From Octopus vulgaris (taxonomy: Eukaryota), in NCBI GenBank assembly GCA_951406725.2, contig OX597814.1, positions 180,482,001-180,546,000 on the forward strand: DNA of 64,000 nucleotides, given 5' to 3'. The notes under the pieces are model-generated. The model saw only the letters and a program-made list of their open reading frames with translations. It had not been told where the DNA came from and did no database searches. The first letter of the stretch is position 1, and each line of letters opens with the position of its first letter. Below are positions 13,430 to 27,833 of this stretch, piece by piece. The position numbers and the translations under genes are program-made.

Positions 13430-13477
13430 GCAGCAGCATCATCATTATCATCGTCAGTATTATTATTATTATTATTA

Positions 13478-13603
<126 letters not shown>

Positions 13604-13624
13604 TCATCGTTATTATCTTCTTTC

Positions 13625-14762
13625 AATTCTGTTTTTATTTCTTGCCGAGTGACTTCCTGGCACCTAAGGCAGAGAAATGCACTACCTACATTGGTAGACC
13701 ATTAAAATAAACACGCCAGATTGTTCATTTACAAAGGCATGTGACAGAAAAAAGGGAAGAAAGACAGAGAGAAAAAATTAAAAAAAATTAAGTGTTAACA
13801 AAGAAATAAAGGGGGAAAAAGGAAAGAAAGTTCACAGCAACAATGCTCTTCTCAGTATGTGTGACATACCAATCAAGACAATCTTTTGCACTTCCTTCAT
13901 GGGTGGTAAGCCAGGGATCATTCTTAAATGATTTCCAGTTCCTTTTTTTTTATCATTTCAAGTGCTCCCACAATCATTTGTATTGTAACCGTCTTGAAAG
14001 GCCACATCTTTTCGATTTCGATTAGCAAATGTTCAGGGTATGTACATATCAGCCAATAAACAGACTTTATTGTTTTGATCTTTCATTAAAATATCTGGTT
14101 TATTTGATTCGATGTTCCGGTCTGTACACACTAGAAAGTCCCAAAGAATCGTTACATTTTCTCCCTCAATGACAACCTCGGGGTGATCCTTGTACCATTT
14201 GTCAGCAGTTTTGATTTTATGATGCCGACACATTATCCAATGTAGATATTGGTCAACTCTGTCATGTGTTGATCTGTACTCTACAGGTGCTAAAACCTTA
14301 TATCCAGAGATTAGGTGGTCCATTGTTTCAATCCCATCGTTGCAATATCAGCAATTTGGGTCTGCTCTATTTTTCATCACATTGGCTTGAATATTACGAG
14401 TCAATAAAGCTCTGATCTTGAACAGCCAAGATAAAGCCTTCACTCTCTGCCTTTAGCCCTGAGTCCCATAGCCACTGATGGCTATACTTGTGGTCTACAT
14501 CAGCTTGCTTGCTACGGCTACATATATGTCATGCAGAGGTTTTTGTTCCCCCATATCAGCCAATTGTTCAAACGCGTTTTGCTTTGTTGTTGATTTCACC
14601 GTCTTTGCAACTACAGAATGAAGCTTCGTACATCTTTCGTGGTTCTCAACGAGCTTTAGCATCCAGTCGTTAGTTGTTTCAAGATATTTTGCCAATCCAA
14701 TTCTGGTAGTTTTGTAAGAAATTTCAGACTGTATTAAGCTTCGACCTCCTTGAATTCTGGGT
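13625..14762 (-). mobile_element. Older degenerate R4/Dong-like fragment
   Basis: ORF pieces YLETTNDWMLKLVENHE, QKPLH, DHLISG..STHDRVDQYLHW, ILWDF, NKPDIL. Confidence 0.85.
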
Positions 14763-14884
14763 AGGTCGATAAATTAAGTACCAGTTACGCACTGGGGTCG
14801 ATATAATCGACGTAATCCGTTTGTCTGTTCTTGTTCGTCCCCTCTGTGTGTTGCCCCTTGTGGGCAGTAAATAAATAAGAAAGG

Positions 14885-15342
14885 GTGTCAGCTACATCCA
14901 TCGGGTCCCTTTTGGCTAGAAGGTCAACAAAGTGTACTTTGTGGAGGTTTTGAGAGAGCTCATTAAGAGATTTCATTGCCAAAGGCGAAGGCACCTGCAC
15001 CAGAGAAATGTACCAGTCCACTACTCTATCCTAGTAACCAACTACTTGGCAGAGATAGGCATCAAAACATTCCCTCACCCTCACTAGTCACCAAGCTGAA
15101 GGAAAACCTCAGGGTCAATCCCTTTTAAAGACATTGAGAAGATGAAGGCGTGTGTGACAAGGGTCCTGGGTGTCTTCAACCTGGAAGACCTCTATGGGAC
15201 CTTCAGGAAGTGGCTGGATCGCAAAAAGAAATACATTGAAGTCGGACGATCATACTTCGAAGGTAATCAGAGTCTTGTACTTCTTTACAATTAATAAATA
15301 CCTCTTCTGGAAAGCTCTTAAACATTTTAGAGTGCACCTTTT
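14885..15342 (+). mobile_element. Degenerate mariner transposase C-terminal remnant
   Basis: Pieces resembling WHLHQDNA, GIKTFPHP, FRKWLDR..KYIEVG..YFEG. Preceded by a SINE 3' piece at 14763-14882. Confidence 0.6.
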
Positions 15343-15634
15343 AAAATATAAACTCTGCTACATGCATTCACTACTGACTTTTCCGCTTGTTTATCCACAC
15401 CGACACACAACACACATATATGCATACATACACATACACACATACATACACACATGCATACACAAACACATGCAAATGTAAAGAAAGAGATAAAGATAGC
15501 CAGGTACATCTGCATTATATAATGGTGTACGCGCGTGTATATGGATGTGTATATCCATGTGTGTGTATACCTATGTATGCATATATATGTATATATACAT
15601 ATATATATAGATACACACACACACACACACACAC

Positions 15635-15682
<48 letters not shown>

Positions 15683-16103
15683 TTGCTTTGTCGAGGAGAG
15701 CTACGTATGAGCATCTAGTTGTTCAATCAACTGAACAACAAACTCATTACATAACCATTTAAGTGGCTGTGTGTATTCCAGACAAGTGTTTCCTTAACGT
15801 AATTCTCGAGAGGAGTCGACGTGACACACAGTAATACGGCTGAATCTTATTACTCCGTGTCCTTTGAATTAGAAATATAATTCATTCAAGAGGCATCCAT
15901 ACAGTTTCCATCTACACAACTTGTCTCACAAGGATTAGATCAATTCCCGGCTATGGTAGAGGAACAACTTGCTCAAGATGTCATGCACTAGGCTCCAGTC
16001 TGACACTTTAAGATTTTAAAATTGTGTCGTAAATATTTTAATCATTCACTCATGCCTATAACTATTCATCTATTCCCACCCTCCCACCCTTACACCCTTC
16101 CAT

Positions 16104-16159
<56 letters not shown>

Positions 16160-16207
16160 AGTGAGGGGGACATACAGTAGGTAGGTAGCTAGCTAGATAG
16201 ATAGATG

Positions 16208-16344
<137 letters not shown>

Positions 16345-16613
16345 TGATGGACGGACGGATGGAGGGAGGGAGGGAGGGACAGAAATGTCTATATATTCAT
16401 GTACATTATGGAATACATCTATGTGTGTGTGTCTGTATATGGATATATATGTGTATATATACGTATATATTTACATATATATATATAATGTATGCATTTA
16501 CACATGTACGTATATATACACATAAGTGGGTATATATGTGCGTGTGAATATATATACATATGAAAATACATACACATATTTATATGTACGCATGTATACA
16601 TGTGTGTGTGTGA

Positions 16614-16662
<49 letters not shown>

Positions 16663-17149
16663 TGTGTGCGTGCGTGTATGTATGTGTGTGTGTTCATACA
16701 ATCAGATACATTTATACATAAAGTGGCAGGTAGAAAGATGGCGGATGAAGTGTGAAGTGTTAAAAAAAAAGAAAAGAAAAAACTGAAACACTAAAGAAGA
16801 TTATGTAAGACAGACAAGAAGATAATATGCAGGTATTTAGATGAACAATGGTATGTACTTTCATTCACGATGCAATATTATGCAGGTGCCTATGGTTAAT
16901 GCAGGTACAAACATTCCATATGTAAATATATGTGTTTGCGTGTATGCATGTGCTTAAGTGTATATAGATGTAATAATGTGTTTGTGCTAACAGACCTAAA
17001 TATTATATACATCTATATACGTGTATAGTACATGTGTATATATGTACATGCATATTCTGAGCTATTATATTTTGTTTGTATTTTATCCTTCAGCAATTTT
17101 ATATATTTTATTTTTTCTATATATTTTCGCTCAAATTTTTTGTACCCTA

Positions 17150-17600
17150 TTCTGCTACGTTCATCTGCAGTTTTACAGCTGCCCAAATTCCTGCAATTGT
17201 CATTTGGCATTAGAGTATCTCACATCTTCTGTTGCAAGCAGGTATCTCATTCTACAAGCACTTCTCTCTGAAACCATCATCCTTAGTAACTTCAATGTAC
17301 ACAAATCCCGTTACTTTTCATTCTACTACTCCTCCCGTACTGTATGGTTCGTTACCCACAACGTGCACCAGTTAAAAGCCAATCGCCTGCTTTTTCTTTG
17401 ACAGTCACATCGACATCAACACTAATAGTTTAAATATGTTTCTTGCCACTATACGCAGGCGCTATCCGACCACCATCAGGGCGTCTTTTCTCTGTCTAAT
17501 CATGGTAATATACCTACAACCTGAAACTGCACACACCCCAATAACGTACCTTATGGTACTTCAAAGCAGCTAACAAGCCGGTGTTCGACTACTTATATAC
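17150..17600 (+). mobile_element. Degenerate APE-endonuclease (LINE) remnant
   Basis: ETIILSNFNVH (compare IILGDFNVH) and a downstream LSNH (compare SDH). Confidence 0.45.
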
Positions 17601-18206
17601 CGAATACCCTGAGAGCAAATGTATTCCTCTTTGACTTATCTGAAAAAAACAAATCCCATATCTATAAAGAACCTCCAGAGACAACAGCTGAAGTAAAAAG
17701 AACACGGAAACACAGAAAGCACTCGCTAAAGTATTTAGTGTCTTTTGTATGCCACTGCAACAACTGAAACGAGAAAAGGTTGTATTCATACATCCACTTT
17801 CTGCAACATTACCCACTCTCCAAATTCTGGTTTCCTGCCAAAAGTCTTCCCCATATTTGTTTTACAAGCTCGCATTGTTAATAAAACTTCAATTAAAAAT
17901 GATTTCACATTTGCTTCAATCTTAGCTTCCGCATTCACACTTCACACATTCAATCGGTAATCGGTCACATCAGCGTCAAGAGTTGGAGTTACGAAGAATA
18001 AGTTGGTATGTATGTATGTATGTATGCATGCATGTATGTATGTATGTATGTATGTATGTATGTATGTATGTATGTATGTATGTATGTATGTATGTATGTA
18101 TGTATGCATGCATGCATGTATGTATGTATGTATGTATGTATGTATGTATGCATGTATGTATGTATGTATGCATGCCTACATGCATGTATGTATGTATGTA
18201 TGCATG

Positions 18207-18240
<34 letters not shown>

Positions 18241-18283
18241 TGTATGTATGTATGTATGTATGTATGTATGTATGTATGTATAG

Positions 18284-18498
18284 AGAGTGTAATTCGGCAG
18301 GAGGACTTAAACGACATGCAAAGGTACATGAAGCCCAGTTACAACTACAGCCGGCTATTACCGGTAAAGGTTTTATCTGCCAATTCTGTACAAGACATAG
18401 TGGATCTTTAGCTGGGCTAAAAAGTCACATTCGATCACAACACCATAACAGTTAAGCTTCGTGCAATGGCCATACTCGATAACGAGGGGGAAGCCATC
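18284..18498 (+). mobile_element. Second, shorter copy of the zinc-finger RTE 3' end
   Basis: RECNSAGGLKRHAKVH..CQFC..LKSHIRSQH plus the same 3'UTR as 985-1200. Embedded in (ATGT)n. Confidence 0.85.
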
Positions 18499-19144
18499 AT
18501 GTATGTATGTATGTATGTATGTATGTATGTATGTATGTATGTATGTATGTATGTATGTATGTATGTATGTGCGTTTTCTTATCATTTATTAGTTTTCTTT
18601 GTAGAAGCAGAGAGGCTAGAACTACCATCTAACAACAATATGCAAATTAACACACCCTTTTCTCAATTAAGAGGTACTTTCAATGACCGCACTTGGGGTT
18701 TATAGAGTATCATGAGAAGAGATTTAAATAAAAGAAAGAAAATCTTCAAACGGTTAACAATATAAATAATTGTGTTATAAATGTAAAGAAAAGAAACTTT
18801 AAAAACGAAATTTAGAAGAATGTAGAACTGCAGGTCAAAGTATGAACATTAAAGGTGAGTGAGCAACAGAATGAGAAAGTAAAACGACAGAGTGAAAGTG
18901 AAAGTATAAGAGAGAGGTTAACTTAGCTTCTACAACAAACCACTTTATTTTATACGAACAAAATCTAAGACAATGAGGGTGCTTCAATATGACTGCACCA
19001 CTTGTAAGGAGTAGCTACCAAATTTCCATCAAATCTCACGCCACAATTAGCGAAAGCGTCGTACAAACTACATAGTTATACTCTCTTGCGAGTGACGGTT
19101 AAGATTTTTGTATGCACATGTTATTGAAAATATGTTGACATATA

Positions 19145-19556
19145 TTTCTCTATTGCCCACAAGGGCTAAACATGGAGACAAACAAAGACAGACAAAGGGA
19201 TTAAGTCGATTACATCGACCCCAGTGCGTAACTGGTACTTAATTTATCGACCCTGAAAGGATGAAAGACAAAGTCGACCTCGGCGGAATTTGAACTCAGA
19301 ACGTAAAGACCGACGAAATACCTATTTCTTTACTACCCACAAGGGGCTAAACACAGAGAGGACAAACAAAGACAGACAAACGAGATTAAGTCGATTACAT
19401 CGACCCAGTGCGTAACTGGTACATATTTAATTGATCCCGAAAGGATGAAAGGCAAAGTTGACCTCGACGGAATTTGAACTCAGAACGCAGCGGCGGACGA
19501 AATACCGCAAAGTATTTCGCCCGGCGTGCTAACGTTTCTGCCATCTCACCGCCTTA
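19145..19556 (-). mobile_element. tRNA-derived SINE with Nin/Deu-like domain, tandem dimer
   Basis: Minus strand has the GAGTTCAAATTCC B-box and the GCCTTTCATCCTTTCGGGGTCGAT..AGTACCAG core twice. Confidence 0.85.
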
Positions 19557-20377
19557 AATATGTCTATATTTATATACACCCACGCACACAAATTCATACA
19601 CACATATGCGCGTACTAATGATATACTGATAGAGACATTTTTATTATATTTTTCAAATGAATCTACAAGAAAAAAAAATGTAACATAAGAAAAAAATGTA
19701 ACTCAATAGTTCATTTTTTTCCGACAGTTTACGCCTGTATTACTTTTACTTCGGTGAAATTAGATATAGCTCTAAAAAAACCTTGTGTTCATTATAGAGT
19801 GTTGGTTTCAAGTTTATGTTGTAGCCATAACGTATTTGTTTAACTATCAAGAACAGTGATCAACTTAACTTTATATACGCCATGTCTTATTGTATTTTTC
19901 TTTTTAGCATTTAATTAATGCTTGTATGTTTTATACCCGTATATTTATGCTTTCGTGTTTATGATCTTCACATACTTGTAATTTGAGACAAAGAGGTGAT
20001 GTTACTATTACTACAATAGACAAGTCTTTGCTTGAAAGTTATCATAAAACAAGACTGAAACGATTAATCAAGCAATGTGTGTGTGTGTGTGCGCGCGCGC
20101 CTATATCTATGTGTGTGTGTGGGTATGTTTATGTTTATGTGTGTGTGTATGTGTGTGTTTGTGTGAACGTTTTGGATTCAAATCTTGGTACAAGGCCAGC
20201 AATTTCAGTGGAAGTGGCGGGTGGGGAGTTGATTACGTTCGAACCCAGTATTCAACACTTTATCGACCCGGAAAGGATGACATAAAAACGACCTCGGCAA
20301 AATTTGAACTCAGAACTTGAAGAAAGAAATGCTGATGATTCTGCCAGCTCGCCGCTTTGATATATATATATATATAT

Positions 20378-21020
20378 CATCATCATCATTGTTTAACGTC
20401 CGCTTTCCATGCTGGCATGGGTTGGACGATTTGACTGAGGTCTGGCGAACCAGATGGCTGCACCAGGATCCAATCTGATCTGGCAGAGTTTCTACAGCTG
20501 GATGCCCTTCCTGACGCCAACCACTCCGAGAGTGTAGTATGTGCTTTCACGTGCCACCGACACGAGGGCCAGTCAGGCGGTACTGGCAACGTCCACGCTC
20601 AAATGGTGTTTTTTACGTTCCACCTGCACAGGAGCCAGTCCAGCGGCACTGGCAACAACCTCGCTCGAATATTTTTCACGTGCCACCGGTAGAAGTGCCA
20701 GTAAGGCGATGCTGGTAACGATCACACTCGAATGGTGCTTTTTACGTGCCACTGGCACGGGAGCAACTCAGCTGCTCTGGCAATGATCACGCTCGGATAG
20801 TTCATAGCGCTCCACTGGCACGGATGTCAATCATGCGGTGCTGTCATCGGATTTGATTTCGATTTCGATTTCACTTGCCTCAACAGGTGTTCACAAGCAG
20901 AGTTTAGTGTCCAGTGAAGGAAAGATACGCATAAGTGGGCTGGTTATACCCCTGGCATAGGCCACGGGTTATGGTCTCACTTGGCTTGTGGAGTTTTCTC
21001 AAGCACAGCGTATTTCCAAA
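20378..21020 (-). mobile_element. RTE LINE 3' end with ~65-bp internal tandem repeats and (GAT)n tail
   Basis: Minus strand reads MTSD*DLWKYAVLEK..*, about four CACGTGCCAC..GCCAGT..CACGCTC units, GGTTGGCGTCAGGAAGGGCATCCAG, and a GATGATGAT tail. A related tail lies at ~8235-8295 (+). Confidence 0.75.
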
Positions 21021-21356
21021 GGTCTCAGTCACTAGTCATTTTTACAAACTACTTGTTACGTTCTGTTCACGTACGATATCACGATACTATAGTTAATTAA
21101 ATAGCAACGATGAACGAAAATCGAATCTTTTTAACAAATGGTTGCTTCGTCATTGTCGTTGTCGTTGTTGTTGTTGTTCTTCTTCTTCTTCTCCTCCTCC
21201 TCCTCCTCGTTCTTCTTCATCTAGCTATAATCAAGCTGCGGTCCAATATAGCAGAAATCAATGACGACATTACACAATAGGGCTATGATCTAATGTGTTC
21301 CGTCCGTGATCAACCTTTCTTTTTCGCATATATTTTCCAATATACCTTTTCTTTGT

Positions 21357-21630
21357 GGAGGCGCGATGGTCCAGTGATTAGGGCAGCGAACTCGCGGTCG
21401 GAGGATCGTAGTTTCGATTCCCAGATCGGGCGTTGTGTGCGTTTATTGAGCAAAAACACAAAAAAGCTCCACGAGCTTTTGTACTCTTTCGCCCCAACTT
21501 TCACTCTTTCTTCCTGTTTCTTGAGTAACGCTGCGATGGACTGGCGTCTCGTCCAGCTGGTGGGAACACATGTGCCAAAGAAACCGAGAAACCGGACCCA
21601 TGAGCCTGGCTAGGCTTGAAAAGGGCGCAT
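21357..21630 (+). mobile_element. tRNA-derived SINE with V-domain-like body
   Basis: Head GGAGGCGCGATGGTCCAGTG..TTTCGATTCCCAGA and body GACTGGCGTCTCGTCCAG. A related copy lies at ~53235-53480. Confidence 0.75.
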
Positions 21631-22129
21631 CAAAAAAATTTTTTTTAAATGCCTTTTCTTATAGTGATTTCTAACAGCTCGACACCACGTAGAAGCTCTC
21701 TCCATTCAATTTTTTTCTTGCTTAGCATTGTTTAAGTATAAAAGGAGCAAACAAAAACATTGAAACATAAGCGAAGACAGTTGTTAAGCTGGAAGTCTCC
21801 GAACTCTAATCTAACTGAATATCCATAAGTGAAAGCAATTTCGGGAGATAACTTTTATAGAAAAATTGCAAAATATCGATCAGTTCTGAATGGGGTGTAA
21901 GAAAATCATTGAAGATATAGATTAAATAATAGTTAATGTGATTTAATTGCTAATTATAGTCAATTTATTGATAATAATGGGATAGAAGTATACAGCAGGT
22001 CGAAAAGATACATATATACGAACACAAGACATCCACACGTGGAAACACAGATCCACATACACATACACACATACACATATACATATACATATACATACAC
22101 AAACACACACACACATATCGATAGACTGG

Positions 22130-22269
<140 letters not shown>

Positions 22270-22306
22270 CAGATAAACAGGCAGACAGACTGACAGACAA
22301 GCAGAC

Positions 22307-22905
22307 AGGCGAGCTGGCAGAAACGTTAGCACACCGGGCGAAATGCTTTGTGGGATTTCGTCCGCCGCTGCGTTCTGAGTTCAAATTCCGCCGAGGTCGA
22401 CTTTGCCTTTCATCCTTTCGGGTTCGATTAAATAAGTGCCAGTTACGCACTGGGGTCGATGTAATCGACTTAATCCCTTTGTCTGTCCTTGTTTGTCCCC
22501 TCTGTGTTTAGCTCCTTGTGGGTAGTAAAGAAATACGTATTTCACCTGCAGCTACGTTCTGAGTTCAAATTCCGCTGAGGTCGACTTTGCCTTTCATCAT
22601 TTCGGGGTCGATTAAATAAGTACCAGTTACGCACTGGGGTCGATATAATCGACTTAACCCGTTTGTCTGTCCTTGCTTGTCCTCTCTGTGTTCAGCCCCT
22701 TGTGGGTACTAAAGAAATAGGTATTTCGTCTGTCTTTACGTTCTGAGTTCAAATTCCGCCAAGGTCGACTTTGTCTTTCATCCTTTCGGGGTCGATAAAT
22801 TAAGTACCAGTTACGCACTGGGGTCGATATAATCGACTTAATCTGTTTGTCTGTCCTTGTTTGTTCCCTCTATGTTTAGCTCCTTGTGAGCAATAAAGAA
22901 ATAAG
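22307..22905 (+). mobile_element. Nin-like SINE, head-to-tail trimer (~185-bp unit)
   Basis: One head followed by three GTTCTGAGTTCAAATTCCGC...TAAAGAAATA units. Confidence 0.9.
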
Positions 22906-23779
22906 AAATAAGACAGACAGGCAGACGGACAGACAGTCGGAGAAAGAGAGGGAGAAATTTTTAAAAGCCCACAAGTAAACTGCGGAAGTAAGGAGGAGGT
23001 AACAGAAATGAATGATATAAGGATTTATACAAGTTAAATGTGGGGAAATGCGTAGAAATATGACACGGAAAATAGCCAAGAATATGTACAAAGACAATAA
23101 ATGTGTACAGCGAAAATTATTACGTCAAATACAAGGAATAGAAAGGTATATAATGTTTCGGTTTATATCCTTTATCAAAGAGAATTAAAAGAAATAAAAA
23201 TGTACGAGCAATAGGAATAGAAACGATGCAGATTTTACGATATGTTTATATTGCAGTTTTGGTATCGGGATCACACAATTTTTCAGGTCGCCATATTAGA
23301 ATTTTAAAAGACACGAAAAAAAAAAAGAAGGTTAACAGATATAAGCCCAGGCCTTATATTGATTTCGCATTATTACAAGTATTAAAATGAGAGCTTTCTA
23401 TACTTAAGAGAAATTAAATCAATCTCGGAAGATCAAGTCGTGGTTGAGGTAACGTGCGTTAGCAATACAGGTTATCCTTTTGCGACAATATCCTGCTTGA
23501 TTGAAGCATTTGCAATTTCTTCCTCTTTCAGATCCAAGATAATATATATACTGAAAATGAAGTGGAAATTCGTTTACTCTTGTGCCGAAACAATTACGCC
23601 TAACCTCTAAATCGAGAGTTTTCAGTACGGCTGTTGTCAGTTCTTTCGTATGCCAATCACGCATAAAATATCTGCTCAGTATATTTGCCTCCACTCAAAG
23701 CACTATTTTACACATACTTATTTGTTTAAAAAATTAAAATATAGTTTATAGTACCCAAACTATAAGAAAGTGAGATAGC

Positions 23780-23874
23780 GGCCTGATGATTGGGGTTATA
23801 TTTTATGAATGGTTCCAGCAAAACACGACGTGGTTAAGGAACCGGGAAATATACCTCATGAAACCCGTGTAGCC
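23780..23874 (+). ncRNA. Type I hammerhead ribozyme motif with extended stem II
   Basis: GGC-CTGATGA-T-TGGGGTTATATTT..GGTTCC..GGAACC..AAATATACCTCA-T-GAAA-CCCGTG-TA-GCC. GUA site at 23869-23871. Confidence 0.7.
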
Positions 23875-24139
23875 AAGTTATAAAGTAGTAATTATTTAAA
23901 TTAAATTTATTTTATATGGTGAGATGAAGGGGCCAACTATCTCTAAATGAAAATATATATTTTCTCATTGAGAATAATTTGAATCCCTGTTATGCCGTAA
24001 TTTTTATTCCCTAACAAATAAAATTAATTAAATATATATGTAAATATATATATTTGGGGTACTTAGTTGTGCTCATGACTTAGTGTTTGCTTCTTCCATG
24101 GGTATGAGTAAGTATCTCACTTATTTCTTTTGCCACATG

Positions 24140-24197
24140 TATCACTGACGAAGAGAGGGCTCTTAGTAGCTAACTCTGAAATCGGTCCGATACGGTA
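24140..24197 (+). ncRNA. Type I hammerhead ribozyme motif
   Basis: TATCA-CTGACGA-AGAG..CTCT-GAAA-TCGGTCCGA-TA-CGGTA. Near-palindromic stem III, AUA site at 24190-24192, one mismatch in stem I next to the core. Confidence 0.65.
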
Positions 24198-24335
24198 AAA
24201 AATTTTTTAGAAATGTCTGTCGACCTTTTTTCGAGTAGCGTGCGTATTGTGAAAAAATTATATGGTTAATGGACAATATGTCCAATTTTTCGGCATATTT
24301 GGCATTAGAATTTTTTTCCTTTGCCCTCATTTATG

Positions 24336-24391
<56 letters not shown>

Positions 24392-24581
24392 TGTCCTTTG
24401 CTCGTTTCTTTACTACGTGCCTTCTCAGAGAGGGCCAGAGTGGGCTACTTGTATGTTTAATCCTTCTCTTTTTAAGGCTCTTCGGATGGATGTAGTTATC
24501 CTCTCGCTAAAATGGGGTGATGGGGTATTTTAAGGAAGCGTATTTGTCGCCTAGGGTACTTAAGCGTACAATACCTTCTTG

Positions 24582-24620
<39 letters not shown>

Positions 24621-24658
24621 TTGTGTGTGTGTCTGTGTGCGCGTGTATGTATATATGC

Positions 24659-24716
<58 letters not shown>

Positions 24717-25165
24717 GTATTTATATATATTTGACATATATATGTATTTATATATATATATATATATATAATCTATTTGTTCGTTCCCCCGTTATATTTT
24801 TTAGTTGGTTAGATCGGTGGAGTAAAAGTGAGAGAGAAGGAGAGGAGGAGGAGGAGGAGGAAGAGGTGGAAGAGGAGGAGAGAAGAAATAAGTAAAGAAG
24901 AAATATAGAAAGATGTATAAGGCCAATGCGTCACGTGGTGTGTTAAAGGGAGGGGGAAGAGCGAAAGAAAAATACTGTGATAGAAAAGGGGAAGAGAGAG
25001 AAAAGAGAGAAAGAAGTTCTAACAACGTGCTGTTAGGTGGTTAGGGAAGAGTAAAGAGGAAAAGATATGTATAGGATACAATATTTAGCAGAGGGTGATG
25101 TTCTGATGGAGAAATTAAAGAAAGGCACATGGAGAGAGATAGACAGGGGAAGTAGTTACCTTAAG

Positions 25166-25251
<86 letters not shown>

Positions 25252-25816
25252 AGAGAGAGAGGGGGCAAATAGCGTTTGTTTTGTCCGAGTTGGGATATAC
25301 CGAGAGCAAGATATAAACAAACAGCTGGACTGAAATGAAATGAAATTAGCTTTGTTACTATAGTGATGATGATGGTGGTAGTGGTGGCGGTGGTGGCGTG
25401 GTGACAGTGAAAAGTATTTTTAGTGAACTAAATCTATTCTTCTGCCTGTTCGTTCGCACTTTAAGTTTTAGTTTGTTAGAGAAGAAGAGGAGGTGGAGTG
25501 AGAGAGAGGAATAGGAAATATGAGAGTGAGTGAGAGAGCAGATAGGCAACCGATGCATTATGCTGCCACTCAAGAGCTTAGTGGAAGTGAGAGGTGAAGA
25601 GAAAGAGAGAAATGTTAAAGATATGAAGAGGAGAATTACATGGTTAAAAATTTGTTGAAGAGGTAGAGAGAAAGGGAGAAATATAAAGTGCTTAGCAGAG
25701 CGAACTTTTAAAATCATATAATATATTATTGTGACTGAAAGTGATAAATATGCAAATCATCCTTTCTTTCTTAAATAGATTCTCTTAATAGTTTCCGTTC
25801 TGTTGAATTTCCACTA

Positions 25817-25894
<78 letters not shown>

Positions 25895-26955
25895 GAGAGA
25901 GAGCAGTACACTTGTGATGTGTGTGTGTGTTTGAACTCTCTAAATATCTATTCACATCATGTCTGTTCCTATTATGCAGTACAGCAAGCTCATCATCTTT
26001 GTGCAACAGTAAAATGGTCATCGAAACATGATACTTCAGCGTCATTGTTGTATTTCTTCATGAACATGTTGAAGAGCTCGTTTCCGTTCTTCCCAACCCT
26101 ATAGGAATCATTACTAAATAGCAATGATTTCCCAGCCTTTGTTGTTATATTACTATCTGTCTGAAGTATAGTAACGTGTATTTTACCAAATCCTAGCGAT
26201 CGTAGAAGACTCCTAGATAAGAACGTATAAAACACCACACGAACGAAATATGCCTACAACGGAGTTTATTTTCGATAGTATTAAAGAAATCAATGATAGC
26301 ATTGCTATAATTCTGTTGCACTAAATGTGTAGCTTATCTAATTTTGTATTTTTCTAATCTAGCATATGCTTAGTGACTATGCCCGATTAACTTTCCATGT
26401 GATTCATAAATCTTCATTTGAGGCCGTTGACAAAATTATCTTTATGATCCTTAAGTGTCAAATACGCCTAGTTTGGATTAAAACGTTCGATACGGTCTTC
26501 AAGTTTTAACTGACATTTATTGATTGTATATTTATGATTTGACTTGTTATTCTTTTGTATGTCTATGTGTGTGTATTTTTTTCTGATATGAGGCTTATGT
26601 ATTAGTAACATTATCTAAAACAATCTACTCAGCAAATTCATGTACTTTTTCATTCCATACATCATTTTAGTTTTGTCCACTTGATCAAAGGTTACTGAAA
26701 TAGTTATAAAGCTCCAAACGCTGTTCCAAATCATTGTGAAGGTCCTTCTCGCATCTTTCCATATATTTAAGGTGCAAATGGTTTTTGCTACTACTGAAAT
26801 CAAAACTGTTATCTTTATGCGCATCAGACATATCTCTATCACATACAAATACCTTCCACTTCAGCCTTCTCAATAAACATGAAGTATCATTTTTAAGACG
26901 CTTAATTTAGAACCTTCTGCCCGAGACAATGATATTTTTCAGGGAATATATAATG

Positions 26956-27211
26956 GCATATTCTGTTGTATCTGGGGAGAGTCACTTTCTTTTTGTGCCT
27001 TATAATTTAACACACTCACCGGTAAAATTTCCACTTATTTCTTATTTTTATTTTCCTAAAATTTTCGTTGCGTCTTGCAACCTTTTCGAGACTATTGAAA
27101 AAAGAAATAAGGAAAATAAAAATAAGAAATAAGTGGAAATTTTACCGGTGAGTGTGTTAAAATATAAGGCACAAAAAGAAAATGACTCTCCCCAGACACA
27201 ACATAATATGC
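26956..27211. repeat. Fold-back (arms 26956-27057 / 27110-27211), PLE-pLTR-like
   Basis: ~100-bp near-perfect inverted arms. The spacer on the minus strand reads GAAAAG-GTTGC-AAGAC-GCAAC-GAAAATTT, a broken hammerhead-like motif. Confidence 0.75.
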
Positions 27212-27670
27212 TTCAACACACGAACTCATATAAAGAATCTTGCAAGCCAAATCCAAAAACGAAATATAATGGCATGCTTCTCTATTATTTAAAATGTCGG
27301 TCTCAGCTTGTTTACAGTGATCAGCCGGCTGCAAGAAGTTGGTGATGTTGTTAGGTTAGAATTACTCTAGTTGATTCTTTCCTCGGACATTTATCCTGTG
27401 GAACTTTTTTCCATAACAATTATAATCTTAAATGTTGGGCTGATCGTTTTACGATTCTTAGGGAAGCTCCCAGATTTTGGTTTTCTTTCCTTTTGTTTTG
27501 TAACCCCCTGCTTGGTTGAGATTTATCACTGGTTGCTTGGAAATATATATGTGTATTATTTGGTTGATTCCTGAGTTTTCTAAAGTTTTGATGTTATACA
27601 TATTTGTTAAAATGATAGAAATTTTGTTGGAGAGATTTCCATTAAAATTTTTTTTAAATAAATAAATAAC

Positions 27671-27733
<63 letters not shown>

Positions 27734-27773
27734 GATGATGATGATGATGATGACGACGACGACGATGATGATG

Positions 27774-27831
<58 letters not shown>

Positions 27832-27833
<2 letters not shown>

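Noticed and set aside
22307-22905. Regular repeats resembling a CRISPR array or tRNA cluster
   Set aside because: Tandem SINE units with no unique spacers and no complete cloverleaf, in a eukaryotic context.
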